This document shows positions 29,919-37,987 of a stretch of DNA of 64,000 nucleotides, piece by piece (within the stretch, counting starts at the first letter, position 1; the number at the start of each line of letters is the position of its first letter). The translations under genes and the position numbers were made by a program. The notes under the pieces were generated by a model. The model worked only from the letters and a program-made list of their open reading frames with translations. It was not told the origin of the DNA and did no database searches. This DNA comes from a virus, in the IMG/VR virus record IMGVR_UViG_3300032397_000001; one strand, given 5' to 3'.

Positions 29919-29947
29919 GTGAAAAATAAATTGAGTTTTTGTATAAT
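29919..29947 (+). promoter_or_regulatory. Sigma70-type promoter upstream of folE2
   Basis: GTGAAA, 17-nt spacer, TATAAT; shares CCCCKTGAAAAA...AGTTTT..TATAAT with the 10433 promoter. Confidence 0.55.
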
Positions 29948-29970
29948 CTCATAATGAAGAGGAGTGCGCT

Positions 29971-30858
29971 GTGTTAACGGTTCATGATTTACAGCCAGAT
30001 GTTCAGTTAAAGATTCAGAAAGTTGGTATTCGTAAGATTTCGGTTCCTGTTCAGTTTTCGTTAGATAGCTTTTTATATGGAGGTTTTCAATCTGATGTTT
30101 CTGTTCAGTCTTTGTTAGCTGATGCTTCGTGTTACGCTGAATTGAATCAAGATCAGAAAGGAGCACATCTTAGTCGGTTTGCAGAAATTTTACGCAAATG
30201 GTCTCCTATAACGCTTTATGAGGGTCTACCGCTTCGCTTGATTCAGGATCTTGCGAATCGTCATGAGTCGCATTGTGTATATCTTAAATTGAGATTTGTA
30301 CCTCTCTTCGAAGGAATATTTACAGTTACATATCAGAAGAAAGCTGAGCCCTTTCTTGTAGACGATACTTTTATTCGTCATCCCGTCAATGTCAGTTTTC
30401 CGTTTCAAATGATTGTTCCTATGATTTTTGAATATTCTGCATATCGAGATGGAAAGGTTAAGTTTTTTGTAACCTTCGAATTAATAGGTTTCAATGTTTG
30501 TCCTTGTGCGCTGAAGGAGTGTGATGGCCTTGCTTCACACTCCCAACGCGCACTGTTACGTGTGAGTTTAGATCTCAGTTCGGTGAAGGCAAGTGTAATT
30601 ACGTGGGATGAGTTGTTTCATGGTTTGATAAATACAACGTTCGCTGCACCTGCTGGCACGGTATTAAAGCGTGATCAAGAGTTAGCAGTCATCCAAACGG
30701 GCTTTCAGAACCCTCGATTCGTAGAAGATAGTGTTCGATTTGCAGCTTCTTATCTAACTGAACTCTTACCAGGTGTTCCTTATTCATTGGTATGCGATTC
30801 TGATGAAAGTATTCATTATCATAATGCAGTTGCAGTGATTCTAAATGGTATGCCATGA
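29971..30858 (+). CDS. folE2: GTP cyclohydrolase IB
   Basis: IQKVGI, KGAHLSRF, CPCA...HSQR, LKR..E, NPRFVED, ESIH.HNA. Confidence 0.92.
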   Translation: MLTVHDLQPDVQLKIQKVGIRKISVPVQFSLDSFLYGGFQSDVSVQSLLADASCYAELNQDQKGAHLSRFAEILRKWSPITLYEGLPLRLIQDLANRHESHCVYLKLRFVPLFEGIFTVTYQKKAEPFLVDDTFIRHPVNVSFPFQMIVPMIFEYSAYRDGKVKFFVTFELIGFNVCPCALKECDGLASHSQRALLRVSLDLSSVKASVITWDELFHGLINTTFAAPAGTVLKRDQELAVIQTGFQNPRFVEDSVRFAASYLTELLPGVPYSLVCDSDESIHYHNAVAVILNGMP

Positions 30859-30900
30859 TTGATGAAGGCGCTTTAGAGTTTAAGATAAAATTCTTTGAAG
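30851..30900 (+). repeat. Exact 50-bp direct repeat, copy 1
   Basis: tgccatgattgatgaaggcgctttagagtttaagataaaattctttgaag is identical to 31764-31813. Confidence 0.95.
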
Positions 30901-31211
30901 TTATTGGGGATGAGTTTACAGCAGCTAATTTACGAGTCGAGCTTTCATTACAACGCCTTCACATTGCAATGTGGAGCGTATCACTTACGGCTCAGCAAAC
31001 TGCAGATGCATTTAAAGTGTTTACTGATAAGGTAAAAAAAGCAACTCTGGAGACATTTACATTTATGCTTTCTCTTAATCTCATTGGTAAGGTTAATGAG
31101 TATTATGGTTTTCCCCCTCTTACTGCTTTTTATGGAGTGGACTATGGGAAAAAGAAAGTTGCTTCCGCTATTTTTAGTAGTGCTACTCGTAGGATGTTCA
31201 AGCTTCGTTAA
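30855..31211 (+). CDS. Hypothetical protein (chimeric; N-terminus shared with the 31675 ORF)
   Basis: Starts MIDEGALEFKIKFFE, identical to an internal part of 31675..31905. Confidence 0.45.
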   Translation: MIDEGALEFKIKFFEVIGDEFTAANLRVELSLQRLHIAMWSVSLTAQQTADAFKVFTDKVKKATLETFTFMLSLNLIGKVNEYYGFPPLTAFYGVDYGKKKVASAIFSSATRRMFKLR

Positions 31212-31485
31212 GGATGCCTACAAAACGATTGACGATACAGGAACCGTGTATCAGGAGTCTGTTAATCTGTACAACAACAAAACCCTTATTATAGATTTAC
31301 AGGGCCACGCCGCAGTTCGCGCTGCAGCAACTAAGGTGTATACTGATTACAAGGGTGCAATAGATACTCTTGAGAGATACAAGTTGAACAAGACTGATCA
31401 AAATAAAGCGTCAGTTAGTGACGCGTTGGTCAAATTATCTAATTCAAGAGTTGAGTTAGAGAGGTTAATCCAAAAATATTATTAG
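31144..31485 (+). CDS. Putative lipoprotein
   Basis: MGKRKLLPLFLVVLLVGC: basic n-region, hydrophobic h-region, LVGC lipobox; GGAG RBS. Confidence 0.75.
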   Translation: MGKRKLLPLFLVVLLVGCSSFVKDAYKTIDDTGTVYQESVNLYNNKTLIIDLQGHAAVRAAATKVYTDYKGAIDTLERYKLNKTDQNKASVSDALVKLSNSRVELERLIQKYY

Positions 31486-31496
31486 GAGGTTCTGTT

Positions 31497-31682
31497 ATGG
31501 GAAAAAATTCAGTTAATTCAGCACAAGCCGAATTTTTGTCACTGTTGATACGGATGGGAATTGAACAAGGTATTCCTGCTATCATTCAACTCTGTAAGAA
31601 TTTGAGTGATGAGCCCTCGCTCGAGGAAATTCGAGCATTGCGAAAGAAGGTTCTTCCTCCTGAAGAAGCTTTTCATGACTGA
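31497..31682 (+). CDS. Small amphipathic protein following the lipoprotein
   Basis: Strong AGGAGG RBS; 61 aa. Confidence 0.65.
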   Translation: MGKNSVNSAQAEFLSLLIRMGIEQGIPAIIQLCKNLSDEPSLEEIRALRKKVLPPEEAFHD

Positions 31683-31905
31683 AGAGGAAAAGTTTGGTGC
31701 AATGGCAAGCTTGTGGCCATTAAATGTAATAAGTGTAAGTGAGGCACGTAAGTTATTGAGTTTTGCCATGATTGATGAAGGCGCTTTAGAGTTTAAGATA
31801 AAATTCTTTGAAGCTATCGGTGACTCCGAGACGACTGAGAAGTATCGTGCAGAAGGGTTATGGTTACACTTTACACAACGCCTAATGGTATACACTTTGG
31901 TCTAA
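31675..31905 (+). CDS. Hypothetical protein
   Basis: ATGACTGA overlap with the previous gene; contains repeat copy 2. Confidence 0.5.
   Translation: MTEEEKFGAMASLWPLNVISVSEARKLLSFAMIDEGALEFKIKFFEAIGDSETTEKYRAEGLWLHFTQRLMVYTLV
31764..31813 (+). repeat. Exact 50-bp direct repeat, copy 2
   Basis: Identical to 30851-30900. Confidence 0.95.
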
Positions 31906-31994
31906 TATAACTTATATCTCTAATCCTAAAAGTTTTGATTTTCGTCAACAGTATCAGGGAGATTGATCATTTTTAAAGAAGAAAGGGGGTGAAG

Positions 31995-32087
31995 ATGAAA
32001 AAAGATTGTTGGCATCCAGAAGACGTTCCTCTGTGGAGAAAGGTATGGTTGTTAATCCGTTACGCAATCAAATACCATAGGAGGTAA
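31995..32087 (+). CDS. 30-aa small protein
   Basis: AGGGGGTG RBS; MKKDCWHPEDVPLWRKVWLLIRYAIKYHRR*; below the ORF-track cutoff. Confidence 0.45.
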   Translation: MKKDCWHPEDVPLWRKVWLLIRYAIKYHRR

Positions 32088-32092
32088 CAAGC

Positions 32093-32524
32093 TTGCTCCA
32101 GTTTAGTGTAGAGTCCATCGAAGACATTTCAAAGTGTTTAGATTGGATTCTTAGTGTTTCGTCTGTCGTTGAGTCTCAATCAATTTCTGATTATTCGGAT
32201 AGAGCATTAGGCTGGATGGGCTCGTTAGGTAGATTGCAAGCAATTTCTGATGCTAAACTGCTGGAAGTTGAAGTGAATATGAATACGCAATCTGCGAGAC
32301 TCATAGTGAAGAAGGCTGATGTTTTACCGGAACTGAAGTATCGACTTATTGATATGTTGTGTGCTACCGATGAAGAATATCTCAAACTTGTCAATTTGAA
32401 GAAGAAGTTGAAGGAGCTCAACACGATTGCTTCGTCATTATGGAGAGTTTTAGAGTTGTCAGTTCGTACAACGCATAGGTTACTGGACATTCGTAAGCGG
32501 GATGATATGGCACCGCCTACGTAG
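32093..32524 (+). CDS. UvsY-like recombination mediator (putative)
   Basis: ~140-aa helical protein with TDEEY, directly upstream of SSB and RecA. Confidence 0.5.
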   Translation: MLQFSVESIEDISKCLDWILSVSSVVESQSISDYSDRALGWMGSLGRLQAISDAKLLEVEVNMNTQSARLIVKKADVLPELKYRLIDMLCATDEEYLKLVNLKKKLKELNTIASSLWRVLELSVRTTHRLLDIRKRDDMAPPT

Positions 32525-32542
32525 TTCGAAAGGAGAATTGTC

Positions 32543-33484
32543 ATGGCAGAAAGTATGCAGGATTTCTCGTTTCAGGCTGCTCTGGATTACTTCAAAGATA
32601 AAGGTGCCCCTGAAGCGGGTATAATGCAACGTCAGCCTCTTCAGTATCTCAAGGCGAAGGAAGCTCATAAGCTTCGTATTCTTCCAGGAGTTTTGGTTCC
32701 TGTTGAGTGGTTTGTCGCTTGCAGGCGCCACTACTTAGGGAACCCTCCAGTTCAGGTTATTCGTAGAGCTGGTCTTCGATTCAACGCGTTCATCTGTCCT
32801 CAGAGTGTTGGAAAAGGGCCTTGCTGGGGGTGTCACGCACGGAGTTACCTGGAGGCTCTATCTTCTCAGCTGTCTCAGGAATTCTTTGCCCGTGAAGCGG
32901 CAATTGTGAATGCATATAGGCCCAATCTTGCTGAGCCCACTACTCAGTCTTATCTTTTGACTAAGACTGTTCTGGATCAGCTTATAACCAAGTGGCGTGA
33001 GGGGTATGTCTTTTTTCATCCCACGGAAGGATGTACCGTTGAATTAGCTCCTGTGGCAAATATGAACGTTTTTGCAGTTCAGTTAGACTTGATGAAGAAG
33101 GTGCCTGTTCCACCTCCAATCATGAGTCAGGCAAAACCTTTAAGTGAAGTTATTGACATTCTGATGATTGATTCGAAGATTATCAAGAATTGGTTTATTG
33201 AAGCCTTCGTGCAGAATGTTGATCATTTCATTCAGACAGGTGAAGCGAGACCTATCGATCTGACAAAGTTGTTAACTCCACTTTCTACAGCCCCTCCTCC
33301 TTCTACGGGAGAGGTTTCTGCAGCTCCGTCAGTCGCTGTGGGGGAACCAACAGATATGGGTATGCATACGCCCCTTCCAACCCCTGTTGATCAACCTCTT
33401 CCCACTCCTCCCCCTGCAGCAGCCGCTGGGCAACCTAGCTTTCTTTCTGATCTGAAAGATAGGGTTGCGAAGCTAGGTTCTTAA
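32543..33484 (+). CDS. Single-stranded DNA-binding protein (gp32-like)
   Basis: KLRILP, H...CP...CWGC zinc site, Pro-rich flexible tail; followed by a terminator and recA. Confidence 0.7.
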   Translation: MAESMQDFSFQAALDYFKDKGAPEAGIMQRQPLQYLKAKEAHKLRILPGVLVPVEWFVACRRHYLGNPPVQVIRRAGLRFNAFICPQSVGKGPCWGCHARSYLEALSSQLSQEFFAREAAIVNAYRPNLAEPTTQSYLLTKTVLDQLITKWREGYVFFHPTEGCTVELAPVANMNVFAVQLDLMKKVPVPPPIMSQAKPLSEVIDILMIDSKIIKNWFIEAFVQNVDHFIQTGEARPIDLTKLLTPLSTAPPPSTGEVSAAPSVAVGEPTDMGMHTPLPTPVDQPLPTPPPAAAAGQPSFLSDLKDRVAKLGS

Positions 33485-33489
33485 CTCCA

Positions 33490-33538
33490 AGAGAACCCGA
33501 GGATCCTTCATCGGTCTTTGGGTTCTCTCTCTTTTTTT
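33490..33538 (+). terminator. Rho-independent terminator
   Basis: GAGAACCCGAGGATC/GGTCTTTGGGTTCTC stem followed by a T-run. Confidence 0.75.
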
Positions 33539-33548
33539 GAGGTTCGTC

Positions 33549-34601
33549 ATGGAATTGGATTCAATAGGTATAATTCGTAAGGCGTTATCAGTAAGTGATG
33601 CACAATTCAGGATCCCTACTATACCTACAGGCCTTTTAACTCTCGACTTAATGGTTGGGGGTGGCTTTCCGTTAGGACGCACTACTAGTATAGCGGGCTT
33701 GGGGGGGTGTGGAAAGACAACATTAGTATGGACTTTTTTAGATAACGTCGCAAAATTAGGTGGAGTACCTGTTCTGATTGATACAGAATATTATTATACA
33801 GAGCAGAGGGTACAAGAATTAGGTTTAACTCATCTCGCCGAGAGAATAATTTTAAAGCATGAATTAACCACTGGTACTCTATTCACACAATTTAAGGAAA
33901 TCCTTGAGACGATTGCAAGTGTTAAGGGATATCGTTTTGGATTTATCGTAATTGATTCGTGGTCTGATACTCCTTCAGTAGAAGAAATGACATCAGGTAA
34001 GCCTGGTGTAGGTATTCATGCAAAGAGTGCAAGACATTTCTTTCGAAGTGCGTTACATTGGATGGTTAGGTTCAATATAGGTGTAATCTTTGTTTGTCAA
34101 TCTACAAAAAGAATTTCAACGATGCCGGGTTTTAAGGGAGGTTCTACATATCTTTCTCATGATGCGATATTTGCCAACTCTTTTTTAGAGATTCAAATGG
34201 CGCGCATCAAGAATATGAAAAAAGGTGGGGCTACTGTTGGCTTTCAGACAAAAGTTGATATTAAGAAAAATAAGTTGGCTCCTCCTTTTCAAGAATTAAC
34301 GTTAGACTATTATTTTCATTTAGGATATGACAGGGCTCGTAGTGTTCTGAATGCGTTAGTCAATTTAGGGTTGTCTTCTCATAGTAAAGGTTGGTATGCA
34401 ATTCCAGGGACTGAGGAAAAGATTCAAGCAGCGCAGCTGAGAAATAATCTCAAATTGTTTGATGCCCTTGAAACCTTAGCATATGAAGAAGGAATGAAAG
34501 CTTCTACAGTCGAGATTAAGGATGTGATTGATGGTGAGGATTTGAGTGCTCCTGATGCAGATATTGAAGTAGAGGACTACACACCTGAAGAAGGTGTATA
34601 A
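33549..34601 (+). CDS. recA: RecA/UvsX-like recombinase
   Basis: IPTG...LD...GGGFPLGR, Walker A GLGGCGKTT, IDTE, VIDS, KNKLAPPF. Confidence 0.9.
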   Translation: MELDSIGIIRKALSVSDAQFRIPTIPTGLLTLDLMVGGGFPLGRTTSIAGLGGCGKTTLVWTFLDNVAKLGGVPVLIDTEYYYTEQRVQELGLTHLAERIILKHELTTGTLFTQFKEILETIASVKGYRFGFIVIDSWSDTPSVEEMTSGKPGVGIHAKSARHFFRSALHWMVRFNIGVIFVCQSTKRISTMPGFKGGSTYLSHDAIFANSFLEIQMARIKNMKKGGATVGFQTKVDIKKNKLAPPFQELTLDYYFHLGYDRARSVLNALVNLGLSSHSKGWYAIPGTEEKIQAAQLRNNLKLFDALETLAYEEGMKASTVEIKDVIDGEDLSAPDADIEVEDYTPEEGV

Positions 34602-35311
34602 TGGCTCTAGATGTTCAGTTACATAAAGAAGCGTATCTATGTCATAGACAAGGTATGCGATTAGCTGAAATGGCTGACAAGATAAAAGTTTCAATAGCTA
34701 CATTACATAGATGGTCTTCTGATGACCCGTCATGTGATTGTTCTTGGCATAAATGGAGTGCTCTCAAATTACTTGATTCAGATGAGAATCATAGTCGAGC
34801 TTTAGGATTACGAGGATCAGGGCATAATGTTGAACAAATCAGTATTGGATTAGGTGTGCCTCTTGATATAGTTCAGTCTTGGGGGGATAAAAATTATCCT
34901 TGTATGTGTGGAAGTCATGGATGGCTTACTGGACTTACTGAAATAGTAGTTGCAGAAAAGCTTTCTCTTCCATCATTAGTAGTCATTTCTGACAGTGGAA
35001 CTATTAACAGTTCTCATACAACAGCTCTAATAACTGTTTTGGACTCTCTTTCACAGGCAGTTCAAAAAGGAGAAGTTGCGCTACGATCATGGCGTGATGT
35101 TTTAGATACACTGAAAATCTGCTCTGAAGTCATTGAAAAGTTAGGGTCTTTACCAAACGATAAAAAGCCATCTGTTGCAAGAATAAAGGAGTCGAGGACT
35201 GTAGAGTTCCCAATGAAGGAAGGTACCTCTGCAGATCTCACACGCAAAGCTAGTAGTCTGTCAGAGGAGTTAATGGCAACTGCAAGGGACTTTCGAGAGT
35301 CTAAACGGTGA
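34601..35311 (+). CDS. Terminase small subunit (putative) with tandem HTH-CxCxxH units
   Basis: Directly upstream of TerL; two HTH-like units each followed by W...CxC..H.W. Confidence 0.6.
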   Translation: MALDVQLHKEAYLCHRQGMRLAEMADKIKVSIATLHRWSSDDPSCDCSWHKWSALKLLDSDENHSRALGLRGSGHNVEQISIGLGVPLDIVQSWGDKNYPCMCGSHGWLTGLTEIVVAEKLSLPSLVVISDSGTINSSHTTALITVLDSLSQAVQKGEVALRSWRDVLDTLKICSEVIEKLGSLPNDKKPSVARIKESRTVEFPMKEGTSADLTRKASSLSEELMATARDFRESKR

Positions 35312-35514
35312 CGCTTCCTCTAAGTAAGACCACTGAAATCTTGCCTTTGTACCACTCTGGTACTTCGATTATTCTTCTCACTAGACATTCCGAAGTATGA
35401 AAGGGGCACAACATTCGTTTCTCATTCCCAAGTCTTGAGTCTATATCACCTTATCTGTTCGGTAGAACGGAATACGATCTTCGAGATCCTGAGATTCGTG
35501 ATGAAGTTCGAAGG

Positions 35515-37668
35515 TTGACTCTCAATGATGAGGATTTTTATTTTCGTGTTGTCCTCAACTGTGATTTCTATCAGGAATTTCACCGTGATTGGTTTCGCTT
35601 TGGAGCTCAAAATTCAAGAACCCTCCTTTTAGGTCCTCGTGATTCTTTAAAGTGTGCTCACCCGTTAACTCTTATCCCTTCTGATGATTCTGTCTCCTAT
35701 CTTTTTTCTTTGAAACGTAATCAAGAGATTTCTTCAGTCTTTAAGAGCTTATCTTCACGTGTTCAGGTTAGAGGTGAACGAGATGTCAAAAGAGTTTTTC
35801 GTGTAAAGGTTGGGCCTCCTTTTGACTTTTGGGTCTATCTTTCCCCTGAACATAAAGTTTTTTGTTATGATGTGGTTCAGGATTCCTTTGACGTTGTTGA
35901 GACGCAAAAGTTAAGTAAAACATCTCATCTTGTATTCCTCGCTCGACCCCCTATATTCAATCCTTTATTATCTGTTAAATCAAAAGAAAAGTTGAAGCTT
36001 ATTCTTGCGAACACATTTTCGTCGAAGAAGATTCTAGATGAGAACGTTCTAAAGATGAATACCAAATCTTTTTCTAGGCTTCTTGCTGTTATCGACGATC
36101 ATTATAAGCATGATGAATTAAAAGAAGCTCATTCATTTCTTTATAATAAATTACAAGTAATGAAATTTTATCATGGTCTTATTAAACCAGATTCAACTTC
36201 CGCGTTAACCCTTATGAAGGGGTCTTGTCTAAGAAATCGATCAAAGCTTGATCGGGATAAGATTGCCTTCTTGGTGGATGAACAGACAGATTTTGCACCT
36301 TCACCTGTTCAAGTTAATTCGGATTTTTGCTGCTTTGCATGTATTGAGGAGATAAAGGAAGTTCTTCTAGATGGGCCTGTTACATTTTTTGATTGTAATG
36401 TCACCAATTCACATTATATTGCAAATGGATTTGTAACTCATAATTCGACCTTTCATACTGTAGGCCGAGTCCTTCATGATGCTTTAGAGAACCCTGAGAA
36501 ACGTTATGCTATTATTTCAGCAACGAGTAAGTTAGCTGCGGGTCAAGTTTCAAGAATTCAGCGTATATGTCAAAGTAGTCCTGTTGTTAGGTATTGTTTT
36601 AGTGATGTAATTAATCCTAGAGAGATTCGTCGTTGGTCGGGTGAATCATTAGAATTTATTCGTAAGTCGATATATCCCGAACCTACTATTTGGGCTTTAG
36701 GTGTTGGAACGGATTTTACGGGTTTTCACTTTGAGGAGGCTTACTTCGACGATTTAGTTACAATACGACATAGGAAATCTGCCACTTTACGGACACAGAC
36801 ATGGGATTGGTTTCGTTTAACGGCTATCCCTGCATTAGACAAGTTGAGAGGTCGTGGTCACGTTATTGGTACTCGATATCATTGGGATGATATGTATGGA
36901 AAATTGTATGAGATCGCTCAATCATCTGGTGGGTGGAAAATTTCAAGAACTCCTGCCCTAGATGAGGAATTACTTTCACAGGATATTGCAAGGTCTTTTT
37001 GGCCTGAGAGATTTCCGGAAGAGGATTTACTTCAAATAAGATCAGATTATGGTGAAGATGTTTTTCAGTTGCAGTATCAATGCGCAGCAGGCATTGTATT
37101 AGCCGAACAAAATAAACAGTATATAGCTAAACTCCGAGACTCAATAGTACCCATGTCAATAAAAGATAAGGTGGTTGATATTGTGTTAGGTGTCGACTTA
37201 GCCTCTAGAGGAAGCGGTACATTACCTGATGCGAAAAAAGCTTCCTTCAGTATAAGTGCTACTGGAAAGCATATGGAGACAGGTAAGTTTATTACTCTTG
37301 AGGTCATTAAGATCAAACACCCCACTCTCAATGACAAGAAAGAGTGGGTTAAAACTATGCATAATAGATATAATCCGTTGCTTGTTGCGGTTGAAGCTCA
37401 TTCACAGCAGTCGGATTTTTTAGAATATTTAGCCGAGGATGATTTTCCATATTCAGTTAAACCCGTTAAGAGTTTTGAGTCTAAAGAAGCCCGATTTGAT
37501 TATGTATTAAACCTCATTGGTTCTGGATCTTTGTTTTTTGTGGAGGGAATGTGTCAACCTCTATTAGAAGAAATGTATATATTTCCAGAGACTACAGGAG
37601 ACGCTATTGATTCTGAGTTTTACTCGTTAAGAGCTTCTTATCGTGAGCCTAATATAAGATTCATGTAA
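35515..37668 (+). CDS. terL: Terminase large subunit with intein (true start probably further upstream)
   Basis: Walker A GPRDSLK|ST, TGFHF...YFDDL Walker B, IGTRYH.DD, nuclease GVDLA...VE...DAID. Confidence 0.9.
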   Translation: MTLNDEDFYFRVVLNCDFYQEFHRDWFRFGAQNSRTLLLGPRDSLKCAHPLTLIPSDDSVSYLFSLKRNQEISSVFKSLSSRVQVRGERDVKRVFRVKVGPPFDFWVYLSPEHKVFCYDVVQDSFDVVETQKLSKTSHLVFLARPPIFNPLLSVKSKEKLKLILANTFSSKKILDENVLKMNTKSFSRLLAVIDDHYKHDELKEAHSFLYNKLQVMKFYHGLIKPDSTSALTLMKGSCLRNRSKLDRDKIAFLVDEQTDFAPSPVQVNSDFCCFACIEEIKEVLLDGPVTFFDCNVTNSHYIANGFVTHNSTFHTVGRVLHDALENPEKRYAIISATSKLAAGQVSRIQRICQSSPVVRYCFSDVINPREIRRWSGESLEFIRKSIYPEPTIWALGVGTDFTGFHFEEAYFDDLVTIRHRKSATLRTQTWDWFRLTAIPALDKLRGRGHVIGTRYHWDDMYGKLYEIAQSSGGWKISRTPALDEELLSQDIARSFWPERFPEEDLLQIRSDYGEDVFQLQYQCAAGIVLAEQNKQYIAKLRDSIVPMSIKDKVVDIVLGVDLASRGSGTLPDAKKASFSISATGKHMETGKFITLEVIKIKHPTLNDKKEWVKTMHNRYNPLLVAVEAHSQQSDFLEYLAEDDFPYSVKPVKSFESKEARFDYVLNLIGSGSLFFVEGMCQPLLEEMYIFPETTGDAIDSEFYSLRASYREPNIRFM
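35653..36444 (+). mobile_element. Intein in TerL Walker A (264 aa, endonuclease degenerate or absent)
   Basis: Starts CAHPLT after LK, has SPEHK block B, and ends FDCNV...YIANGFVTHN before ST. Confidence 0.88.
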
Positions 37669-37678
37669 GGAGTCATTT

Positions 37679-37987
37679 ATGAAGTCTGTCACAATGTGTA
37701 TCTTTACTGATGAGAAACATCTTGGTGATGTGAAAAACTTAGTTTTGCCTGTAGATTCTACTCTTTACGTATTAGGTTTAAACAAGAAGGAACATAAGAC
37801 TTGTATACAGGTTGCGAAGAAGCATAGAGCGTTCAATTTATTAGAGGAGCATGGTATTGTGATGGTTATCATCGAAGCTGGTAACCGTCTTATAAAAGTC
37901 GCAGGGGCGGAAGCGATTGATCAATTTCTCTCCATGTATTTCGCTCAAACCCCTCAGAAGCCTGAAATAAATTTGGAGCGCTTGTAA
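37679..37987 (+). CDS. Hypothetical protein
   Basis: AAGGAG RBS; lies between TerL and portal. Confidence 0.6.
   Translation: MKSVTMCIFTDEKHLGDVKNLVLPVDSTLYVLGLNKKEHKTCIQVAKKHRAFNLLEEHGIVMVIIEAGNRLIKVAGAEAIDQFLSMYFAQTPQKPEINLERL

Noticed and set aside
30851-31813. Repeat pair as a DGR template/variable region, CRISPR array or att sites
   Set aside because: Only two exact copies, no adenine-specific mismatches, and no reverse transcriptase, cas or integrase gene in the window.
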